Below are positions 1-8,485 of a stretch of 14,431 nucleotides of DNA, in pieces. Origin of the DNA: Octopus sinensis (Eukaryota); NCBI RefSeq assembly GCF_006345805.1, contig NW_021825829.1, positions 1 to 14,431 of the forward strand. Reading direction: 5' to 3'. The position numbers and the translations under genes were made by a program. The notes beneath the pieces are model-generated. The model searched no databases. It was not told the DNA's origin and worked only from the letters and a program-made list of their open reading frames with translations. Position 1 is the stretch's first letter; the number at the start of each line of letters is the position of its first letter.

Positions 1-140
1 AGCCGCCCCCCCCATCACCACCCATGTCTGTTTTATGTCATACTAAACCAGAATTTCTTTTTTTTTTCCCAGGGTTCAACACTCTCCCCTCCACCCGCCA
101 CTCAACGAAGAGGGTTGAACAACTGCCTCACCATCATCTC

Positions 141-421
141 TACAAACCACCACAACCACCACCACCACCATCGAAACCACTATAACCACTATAGTAAACA
201 GCACCGCCACCAACACTCACCACTACCAAAACCACCACCACCACTACAATCAACACCACCACCGTCACCACCACCACCACCACCACCAACACCACCACAC
301 AAACCACCACCACCGCCACCACCACTACAACCAACACCACCACCACCGCCACCACACAAACCACCACCACCGCCACCACCAACACCAACATCACCACCAC
401 CACCACCAACACAACCACACA

Positions 422-453
<32 letters not shown>

Positions 454-635
454 CCACACAAGCAACAACTGCCATCACCACCCCCACTGCAACCATCACC
501 ACCACCACTACAACCACTACCAAAACTACCACCACCACCACCACCACCAACACCACCAACAACACCAACATCACCACCACCACCACCACCACCACACAAA
601 CCACTACTACCACTACAACCACCACCGCTGTCACC

Positions 636-666
<31 letters not shown>

Positions 667-770
667 CCACACAAGCAACAACTGCCATCACCACCCCCAC
701 TGCAACCACCACCACCACCACAGCCAAAAAAACAAACCCCACCACCACCACCACAGCCAAAAAAAGCGAC
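141..770. repeat. Degenerate (CCA/CAA)n trinucleotide repeat with a ~72-bp internal direct duplication (424-495 and 637-708)
   Basis: Read directly. The block containing AGCAACAACTGCCATCACCACCCCCACTGCAACCA occurs at 461 and 674 (offset 213). It explains the poly-Pro, poly-Val and poly-Gly ORFs. Confidence 0.95.
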
Positions 771-875
771 TCCACTTCACTCTCACTCGTAGAAGACTTT
801 CCACCATTCAAAGCATTTCACAACTAAAAGTCTGTGATAATAAATTGCAGCTATAACCCCCAAGTTTGCCAGAGT

Positions 876-907
876 GATATCACGATATCACGATATCACG
901 ATATCAC
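876..907. repeat. Perfect 8-bp tandem repeat (GATATCAC)x4
   Basis: Units start at 876, 884, 892 and 900. Confidence 0.97.
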
Positions 908-1080
908 ATAATAATATATATACACAGCCAGGATCAACCCCCGCCCTCCTCTCTCCTCCCGGCCACCCTCTAATGGTCGTCACTGCACCAGAGGAAGATA
1001 TCGGTTTACAGTGAGATTTGAGGACGGATCGATCGCTTGTTTCGTTTCCATAAAATATATTGCTATTTAGAAGGAGAGAA

Positions 1081-1354
1081 ATACACATACATACATACAT
1101 ACGCACATACATATATGTAGATACATACATACATATGGATATATAGATATATATACATACATATTTACATGTATATGTATGTATATACATATATATAGCT
1201 AGGTATATACGCATACATATACATATATACGTATACATATATATACATATCTATATCTATATTTGTATATATATATATATAGATAGGAAGATAGATAGAT
1301 AGATAGATAGATATACATATATATTTGAATATACATATGTATATATATATATAG

Positions 1355-1386
<32 letters not shown>

Positions 1387-1445
1387 ATCATTCATGGCAG
1401 TATATAAAAACACACATGCTCACAAACATATATATATTTATATGC

Positions 1446-1504
<59 letters not shown>

Positions 1505-1539
1505 ATATATATATAATATATATATATATTTATTATATA
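1081..1539. repeat. Compound (TACA)n/(TA)n/(TAGA)n microsatellite
   Basis: Read directly; source of the IY/YI-rich ORFs. Confidence 0.95.
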
Positions 1540-1544
1540 GAAGA

Positions 1545-1583
1545 TACAGGACTAGAACTGTTTCATTCAAGAGAAATCTTCAG
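1545..1583 (-). ncRNA. Hammerhead-ribozyme-like core, probably an inactive remnant
   Basis: Minus strand reads CUGAAGA-UUUCUCUUGAAU-GAAA-CAG-UUCUAGUC-CUG-UA. It has core boxes, stem III ACAG/CUGU and a GUA triplet, but no complementary stem I. Confidence 0.3.
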
Positions 1584-1587
1584 GAAG

Positions 1588-1733
1588 ATATATATACATA
1601 TACATATATACATACATTTATACATATACATATATGTACATACGTATATATATGTGTGTGTGTGTGTTTAGATAGATAAATAGATAGATAGATAGATAGA
1701 TAGATATACATATACCTATATGTATATATAAAC

Positions 1734-1802
<69 letters not shown>

Positions 1803-1907
1803 GTATGTATATATATATCTATATATATATATTATATATATATATATATATGCATATGTATGTATGTATATATATATATATATTATATATATATATATAT
1901 ATATATT
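1588..1907. repeat. Compound (TA)n/(TACA)n/(TG)n/(TAGA)n microsatellite
   Basis: Read directly. Confidence 0.95.
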
Positions 1908-2235
1908 TCATGCAAGTTTATAGAGAACACATACCTACTCACACCCAAGCACACACAAACATGTATATATTTGTGTGTACGCACAAATATCCAAACCTCT
2001 ACCCTTGTCCTGAATTTGTCCGAGAATCCTCCACTGATCCACCTCAGCCAAGCTCTTCACTGTAAACCATCAGAAATGCAAATCCATTTTATGTCCTCTG
2101 CCCCCCACCGACGTCCTTCACCAAACCCCTCGCGAAACCTTACAGGGTTACAATATGGCGTGACCACAACGCTGACCATGGACATGTATAATAATAAAGT
2201 CTCCGGCCACAAAGGAGCAGAGAAATGTAGAAAAT

Positions 2236-2432
2236 AAATTGAGATACATGTGTCTGTATATATATATGTGTGTGTATGTGTGTGTGTGTGTGTGTGTGTA
2301 TACATCTCTCTCTTTTTCTCTACACATATATATATATATATACATATATAATATACATATATATATATATATATATATACATATATTATGTATATATATA
2401 ATATATATATTATATTATAGATATATATATAT

Positions 2433-2503
<71 letters not shown>
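2236..2503. repeat. Compound (TG)n/(TC)n/(TA)n microsatellite
   Basis: Read directly. Confidence 0.93.
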
Positions 2504-2643
2504 GGTAAACAGTAAAAATAATTACAGACATGGACAAGAACATGAAACACCACAGAGACGACACAAGAACCACAGGACGGGACATTCGAAGCCCTCAGTC
2601 ATCAGTCAAGAACCAGATCATCTAGCATTTTCGGCTGATTAAT

Positions 2644-2644
<1 letters not shown>
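2504..2644. mobile_element. Complex-sequence island between (TA)n tracts; probable dispersed repeat or retroelement-terminus fragment, family unassigned
   Basis: Abrupt boundaries with (TA)n on both sides. It resembles a repeat I recall from octopus genomes; not verifiable here. Confidence 0.35.
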
Positions 2645-2688
<44 letters not shown>

Positions 2689-2699
2689 GATAAACGTCG

Positions 2700-2996
2700 C
2701 ATTTTTCAAGCCTATCCAGGCACATGGGCCCGGTTTCCCGATTTCTGTGGCGTATGTGTCGCCCCCCCCCCCAGCTGGACGGGACGCCAGTCCATCGCAG
2801 CGTTACTCAAGGAGGAAGAGAGAGAGTGAGAGAAGGTTGTGGCGAAAGAGTACAACAGGGGTTGCCACCAGCCCCTGCTGGAGCATCGTGGAGCTTTTAG
2901 GTGTTTTCGCTCAATAAACACACATAACGCCCGGTCTGGGAATCGAACCCGCGATCCTCCGACCGCGAGTCCGCTGCCTTAACCACTGGGCCATGC
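2700..2996 (-). mobile_element. tRNA-derived SINE, family B, with a Meta/V-type central domain
   Basis: Minus strand: A-box TGGCCCAGTGG (2993-2983), B-box GGTTCGATTCC (2949-2939), then GCGATGGACTGGCGTCCCGTCCAG (~2798-2775) and GCCACAGAAATCGGGAAACCGG. These resemble MetaSINE/V-SINE central motifs as recalled. Confidence 0.85.
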
Positions 2997-3006
2997 ATAG
3001 ATTCAC

Positions 3007-3085
3007 ATACACACACACACACACATGCATATCTACATACACGAGTGTATACATACATGCATATGTGTGTGTGTGTGTGTGTGTG
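3007..3085. repeat. (CA)n and (TG)n microsatellites
   Basis: Read directly. Confidence 0.9.
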
Positions 3086-3308
3086 ATCCCATTAAACTTT
3101 GGATACTTATAATATCTAAAAACCTTCAACAGATGGATTAATTGCGTCTGTAATTAGTCCTAATTAAGGACACTTGATACTACATGAAAGTCGGAGATAA
3201 TCTTCTTAATCTGCTGGGTGTTCAGTAGAGGGTCATTATGGTTAATGAGACATTAATTACTTAAGGAACCAACGAGGGGGGGGGGATCTCTACATGGTAG
3301 GTTGTCCC

Positions 3309-3440
3309 GCTAGAAATAGCAGCCAAATCTCCCTCAATTCACACCTTAATGTTGTATGTATGTATGTATGTATGAGGCAAGGAGAGGGATCACCACATGA
3401 TAGAAACAGCAGCCGAATCTCCCTCAGATCCACCCTAATA
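3309..3440 (+). mobile_element. Two degenerate copies (3309 and 3399, spacing 90) of the SINE body motif GCTAGAAATAGCAGCCAAATCTCCCTC
   Basis: Local direct repeat. The reverse complement of its start (GCTGCTGTTTCTAGC) occurs at 8471-8485, next to the triplicated SINE tail. Confidence 0.6.
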
Positions 3441-3455
3441 AGATTTAAGGCATCA

Positions 3456-3644
3456 TTGTCCCCCCCCCATCACTTGACAACCGATGTCCGTGTGTTTACG
3501 TCTCCGTAACTTAGTGGGCCGGCAAAAGAAATCGATAGAATAAGTACTAGACTCACAAAGAATAAGACCTCGGGGTCGATTTGTTCGACTAAAGACGGTG
3601 CTCCAGCATGGGCGCAGTCAAATGACCGAAACAAATAAAAGAAT
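3456..3644 (+). mobile_element. SINE family A, 3' half only
   Basis: Reverse complement of the 3' halves of the full copies at 8866-9283 and 12486-12898 (GGTGCTCCAGCATGG...GCAGTCAAATGAC...TAAAAGA). Confidence 0.92.
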
Positions 3645-3923
3645 GCGCGCGCGTTTGTCTGTGTAGTGGTGTAGTCGTGTGTTTATATACACCCACTGGT
3701 CTGTATATACAACAACAACAACACTAACAACAACTTCTGGAAGGAGATAAAAACTGAAATGATGACCTCCTGGCTTGAACTTTGACCGTCAACAATAGAT
3801 GAGGTCAGCGGTAGATGTGTCGCTGGAGGCGGGTGTCCAGTTTTATGTTTCGATCTCTGACCTCGTCACAGTTCGTCTCACAACCATTGTCGGATCCAGC
3901 GCCGACCCTTTTGGCAAATCGCT

Positions 3924-3952
3924 ACCACCACCACCACCACCACCACCACCAC
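3924..3952. repeat. (ACC)n microsatellite
   Basis: Read directly. Confidence 0.95.
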
Positions 3953-4138
3953 TGCCACACCTTTTTGTTCGTATGCTTGACACACACACGAATAGGTGTA
4001 CGTACACACACTCACAAACACGCAGGCCAGTTAACAGCAATGGTTGGTCGTAGCGGGATCTTTAGTTTCGCACCTAAAAAACCCACATTATTTGCCCCTA
4101 AGCTTTCAAGTCTGTTTCTTTCTGACGGTGTATATATG

Positions 4139-4186
4139 CTTTTATTCTTTTATACGTTTCAGCAATGGCCATGCTGGAGCACCGCC
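4139..4186 (-). mobile_element. SINE family A, short 3'-terminal fragment
   Basis: TTTTATTCTTTT...GTTTCAG...GGCCATGCTGGAGCACCGCC matches the other copies. Confidence 0.75.
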
Positions 4187-4194
4187 ATCTATAT

Positions 4195-4220
4195 ACATAC
4201 ACATACAGACCTCTCCGCCC

Positions 4221-4254
<34 letters not shown>

Positions 4255-4336
4255 GTGTATATCTTTCTCTCTCTCTATCTATGTGTCCGTTTCTCTCTCT
4301 CCCTCTCTCCTCTCTCTCTCTCTCTCCCTCTCTCTA
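4195..4336. repeat. (TC)n/(TA)n microsatellite
   Basis: Read directly. Confidence 0.9.
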
Positions 4337-4540
4337 TCTGTGTTTGTGTCCCCATCACCGCTTGACGTCTGGTGTTGGTGTGTTTATGTCCCCGTAAAAA
4401 TGCAGCGGTTTGTCAAAAGTAAATCGATAGAATAAGTTATAGGTTTTAAAAAAAGTTCTGGAGTCGATTTGTTCAACTAAAACCCTGCAAGGATGTCCCC
4501 CAGCATGGCCGCAGTCAAAACTGACTGAAACAGTAAAAGA
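4337..4540 (+). mobile_element. SINE family A, 3' half, diverged
   Basis: TCTGTGTTTGT...CGCTTGAC...ATCGATAGAATAAG...GTCGATTTGTTC...CCAGCATGGCCGCAGTCAA...CTGAAACAGTAAAAGA. Confidence 0.88.
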
Positions 4541-4767
4541 TAGATTAAACACACATACATACACACATACATCCATACACACATACACACACACATACAC
4601 ACATACATACATACACGCACACACATACACACGGACGGTGGCTACTTCCTGTCCGAACCCCTTCTCTTTCCTCCCCCATTAACTGATCACTTTTTGATGA
4701 TGTGATAACAGCAATTGTCCACTCTATCACCACCCGGGGTATTGTTTCGCCCGGGTGGCAACACAAC

Positions 4768-4769
4768 TA

Positions 4770-4842
<73 letters not shown>

Positions 4843-4907
4843 GTCTGTCTGTCTGTCTGTCTACCTATCTATCTATCTATCTATCTATCCTTCTATCTAT
4901 CTGTCTG

Positions 4908-4943
<36 letters not shown>

Positions 4944-5085
4944 CCTACCTACATACCTATCTATATATCTATCTACCTACCTACCTGTCTGTCTATCTAT
5001 ATCTATCTATCTATCTACTATCTATCTATCTATCTATCTATCTATCTGTCTCTATCTATCCTATCTATCCTATCTACCAATCCAT
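4768..5085. repeat. (TATC)n/(TGTC)n/(TACC)n tetranucleotide array; a second array lies at 5305-5390
   Basis: Read directly; source of the IYLS-repeat ORFs. Confidence 0.97.
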
Positions 5086-5306
5086 CTATTTTAAGGGCTT
5101 CCAAGTGTCACGCCTGGCACAACTGCTGGCCCTGAACTACGTTAAATGGTCGGCTGCACTTCAGTTTTATTTCAGCCAATCAAATGTTTGATCAGGTTCC
5201 TTCTTTCACCTTATTTTAACAAACATTGTGTAAACTACCTTGGTAACCCCTGGCTGGATAGGGTGGGGGGGTTGGATGGTTGGCTACAAGTCCAGATATA
5301 TGTCTG

Positions 5307-5369
<63 letters not shown>

Positions 5370-5388
5370 GTCTGTCTGTCTGTCTGTC

Positions 5389-5492
5389 TATACTTTATTA
5401 AAAAGCAGCAAAATATCACAAAAACTGTTACTCAGAGGTTCACGTTCGTCGGACATCTTTTTTGTTTTTTTGCTGCTTTTAAATAAAGCATA
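5389..5492 (-). ncRNA. Long hairpin enclosing a degenerate type-I hammerhead ribozyme core (Penelope/retrozyme-like)
   Basis: One pairing register (i+j=10881) runs from 5389/5492 to 5428/5453: 33 Watson-Crick pairs, 2 G-U and 5 mismatches. It closes on CCGACGA-ACGU-GAAC-CUC-U-GAG-UA (5452-5429). Confidence 0.5.
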
Positions 5493-5614
5493 TTACTCTA
5501 CCTCTGGTGTTCGAGTACTCTTTTCTATCCACCTTGTTTCACATTTATGTGCTTATCTTGGTCTCTCTCTCTCTCTCTCTCTGTATATATATATATATAT
5601 ATATATATGCATAT

Positions 5615-5870
5615 ACTCTTTTTATTCTCTCTTTTACTTGTTTCAGTCATTTGACTGCGGCCATGCTGGAGCATCGCCTTTAGTCGAGCAAATCGATCCC
5701 AGGACTTATTCTTTGGAAGCCTAGTACTTATTCTATCGATCTCTTTTGCCGAACCGCTAAACACACCACCATCAGTTGTCAAGCGATGTTGGGGGGACAA
5801 ACACAGACACACAAACGTATACACCACACTTACATACACACACACACAGACACACACACACACACACACA

Positions 5871-5932
<62 letters not shown>

Positions 5933-6082
5933 ATATATATACATATATGCGACGGGCTTCTTTCAGTTTCCGTCTACCAAATCCACTCACAAGCTTTATT
6001 CGGCCCGGGGCTATAGTAGAAGACACTTGCCCATGGTGCCACGCAGTGGGAATGAACTCGGAACCATGTGGTTGGTAAGCTA
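5615..6082 (-). mobile_element. SINE family A, near full length (lacks the A-box end), with expanded internal (CA)n/(TA)n at ~5811-5948
   Basis: Both halves match the 8866-9283 copy; there is a ~14-bp deletion near 5760. Confidence 0.93.
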
Positions 6083-6249
6083 GCATGTATTAAAAACTAT
6101 AGAGGTAAAAGTTAACATAAATTTATAATTATATTCTATATATATGATTATGATGGCGGGTATTAGGATGGTACCAGCATGCTAGAAATAGAAGTCAAAA
6201 CGACCCTAAACCACCAAAAGTCACTCGTATGCTTTGCTTTGGTGAATTC

Positions 6250-6498
6250 GAGGAAATTGAGCAAAAAATAGAAAAACGGCCTGGTTTCCTCATAACTTGC
6301 AGAAAAATGAATATATTTTAATGAAATCTTCTAAAAATACTTTGCAAATGATGTCGACTCCAATTAGATCGGAATTTAATGTGAAACAGAAAATGGAGAC
6401 TGAAGACAAACACATACGGACACACATCACAATTTTCGACATTTCAAGTTTCATTTAAGATATATTTACCAATAAGATATATTTACATAAAAATATCT
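6250..6498. mobile_element. Possible DNA-transposon/MITE-derived AT-rich sequence; 6481-6498 may be the displaced 3' UTR of the DD37D element
   Basis: Recalled similarity only. A 14-bp direct repeat TAAGATATATTTAC is seen at 6456-6469 and 6473-6486. Confidence 0.3.
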
Positions 6499-6844
6499 TG
6501 TGTGTGTGTGTGTGTGTTATCGTTATTTATTTATTAAAATCCTCCATCTAAATAAGGGGCTGGTTGGTCCCTAAAACACAAATAAAAGCCCCACCAATAG
6601 AATGTAAGAACTATTATATTTTGAACATTAAGAAAGTCTTGCATAATTCTATTGTTCCCCTTACCTTTGTATTTGTAAAATGGTTGAGCGAACTGGTCTC
6701 TTTCTTTGCCTGAAAAATCATTTCTTTACATTAATTAAGAACATATTTAATATAATCACGTGCACTAATTATTACTCGTATAAACACAATGTAATTTCAT
6801 GGTTCCGGGTCCTACTATAAGCCTTGTGAGTGGACTTGATAGAT
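6499..6844 (+). repeat. Left arm of a 346-bp inverted repeat
   Basis: Manual alignment to the reverse complement of 7291-7636 gives 7 mismatches and no indels (i+j=14135). Confidence 0.97.
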
Positions 6845-6861
6845 ATAAAGAGTAAATTGAT

Positions 6862-7167
6862 TCAATAAAATCCCCTTTTGGCTTCAACCATGGCCTCCAG
6901 ACGACTTCGGAATCTCCTGCAACTCTTCTGGACGGTTTCCTTGTTTAAGTTGGTGTATGCTGCCATAATCCTTGCCTTCACTTCATCTTTGGCGTTGCAA
7001 GGAGTTTTGTTGGTCTCTTGATCAACTGTGCCCCACACGTAATAATCAGGGGTTTTGTTGTTTAGGGAGTTAGGTGGCCAGATGTTAGGGGTGATGTGGT
7101 CGCAGAAATTGTCTGACAGCCGTGACTGGGTTCACCTGCTTGTGTGGCAAGGTGCAAAGTCCTGTTG
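6862..7167 (-). pseudogene. Tc1/mariner-superfamily transposase C-terminal remnant, DD37D (maT/Bmmar1-like) spacing
   Basis: Minus-strand translation: QQDFAPCHTSR*TQSRLSDNFCDHITPNIWPPNSLNNKTPDYYVWGTVDQETNKTPCNAKDEVKARIMAAYTNLNKETVQKSCRRFRSRLEAMVEAK. There are 37 residues between the QQD Asp and the DYYVWG Asp, a stop at 7134-7132, and an apparent frameshift near the end. Confidence 0.9.
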
Positions 7168-7185
7168 CTTGCTACGTGTGCATAG

Positions 7186-7245
7186 AAACCGCGATCCTAC
7201 GACCGCGAGTCCGCTGCCCTAACCACTGGGCCATTGCGCCTCCAC
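7186..7245 (-). mobile_element. SINE family B tRNA head, truncated within the B-box
   Basis: CGCGATCCT.CGACCGCGAGTCCGCTGCC.TAACCACTGGGCCAT matches 2950-2994. Confidence 0.9.
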
Positions 7246-7266
7246 ATATATATATATATATATATG

Positions 7267-7337
7267 TACGCCGGACTTCTTTCAGTTTCCATCTATCAAA
7301 TCCACTCACAAGGCTTATAGTAGGACCCGGAACCATG
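7267..7337 (-). mobile_element. SINE family A 5'-half fragment with two internal deletions; its 7291-7337 part is duplicated at 6798-6844
   Basis: CATGGTTCCGGGT|CCTACTATA|AGCCTTGTGAGTGGATTTGATAGATGGAAACTGAAAGAAG, compared with the full copies. Confidence 0.85.
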
Positions 7338-7614
7338 AAATTACATTGTGTTTATACGAGTAATAATTAGTGCACGTGATTATATTAAATATGTTCTTAA
7401 TTAATGTAAAGAAATGATTTTTCAGGCAAAGAAAGAGACCAGTTCGCTCACCCATTTTGCAAATACAAATGTAAGGGGAACAATAGAATTATGCAAGACT
7501 TTCTTAAGGTTCAAAATATAATAGTTCTTACATTCTATTGGTGGGGCTTTTATTTGTGTTTTAGGGACCAGCCAGCCCCTTATTTAGATGGAGGATTTTA
7601 ATAAATATATAACG

Positions 7615-7636
<22 letters not shown>
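7291..7636 (-). repeat. Right arm of the 346-bp inverted repeat
   Basis: See the left arm. Confidence 0.97.
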
Positions 7637-7645
<9 letters not shown>

Positions 7646-7752
7646 GTATTCAACGCGCGCGCGTGTGTGTAATGATGAGGAAGGCGGGAAAGAAACAGAG
7701 ACCAAGTAGGATTAGGACAAATAGTTTAGAACGGGGTATTAGGGGTTACGCG

Positions 7753-7753
<1 letters not shown>

Positions 7754-7795
<42 letters not shown>
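7754..7795. repeat. (TAG)14 microsatellite
   Basis: Read directly. Confidence 0.97.
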
Positions 7796-8062
7796 AGTGG
7801 TGGTGGTGGCGGTGGGTGTTCACACTCAATGAACCAACATTACAATGAAATATAAACAGTGCCACCCTAGAATGGGCGGGTGGTGGGGGGGACGGCTGAC
7901 AATGCTCCCACCCTGGGGTAGAGCGAGTAGTAAAGGAGGCGGGTGCGGTGGTGGCGGGGGGTCGATATATTTCCCCCACTCGTAACACATGACTAAAACA
8001 ATAGAGGGCGTTTGTTATGGCGGAAATGGTGGTGGGGGGGATGTGAGAGGAGGGCGGTGTCG

Positions 8063-8485
8063 TTTAGCCCCAGGTCAGTCCTGATCCTGTAGGCCTATGA
8101 TCAAACATGTTTCAGCCATGACCATCCCGTCTTTTATTCAGGCATAGTGTACCTTGGACTACATTATCTAAAGTGGCCTTGCTTGTTATTGTTATTTAGC
8201 CCCAGGTCAGTCCTGATCCAGTAGAACTATGATCAAAGATGTTCCAGCCATGACCATCCCGTCTTTTATTCAGGCAGAGTGTACCTAGGACTACATTATC
8301 TAAAGTGGCCTTCCTTGTTATTATTATTTAGCCACAGGTCAGTCCTGATCCAGCAGAACTATGATCAGGGATCTTCTAGCTGTGACCATCCCATCTTTTA
8401 TTCAGACACAGGTGTATCTAGGAGTACATTATCTAATATGTCCTTCCTGGCTCATGACATTAGGGTACGAGCTGCTGTTTCTAGC
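8063..8485 (-). mobile_element. Three head-to-tail 132-bp copies of a probable SINE 3' tail, joined to SINE body sequence (to 8485)
   Basis: Units start at 8063, 8195 and 8327. Copies 1 and 2 differ at 9 of 132 positions; copy 3 is more diverged. A related fragment lies on the + strand at 10463-10520. Confidence 0.85.

Noticed and set aside
2145-2200. Peptide YGVTTTLTM resembling the Cys-loop receptor M2 motif GVTTVLTM
   Set aside because: The flanking residues are not hydrophobic or M2-like and there are no convincing splice sites; likely a chance match.
2590-2640. CUGAUGA on the minus strand (2605-2599) as a third hammerhead
   Set aside because: It is followed by GAAU rather than GAAA, and I could not build stems I and III.
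2930-2996. tRNA gene
   Set aside because: There is no closed acceptor stem, and it continues into SINE body sequence; it is a SINE head.
6499-7636. Autonomous DD37D transposon with 346-bp terminal inverted repeats
   Set aside because: Only the last ~100 codons remain, with a stop. The arms contain SINE debris and end in microsatellite, without a TA target-site duplication or Tc1/mariner-type termini.
8063-8446. CRISPR-like array
   Set aside because: The units are contiguous with no unique spacers, the context is eukaryotic, and there are no cas genes.
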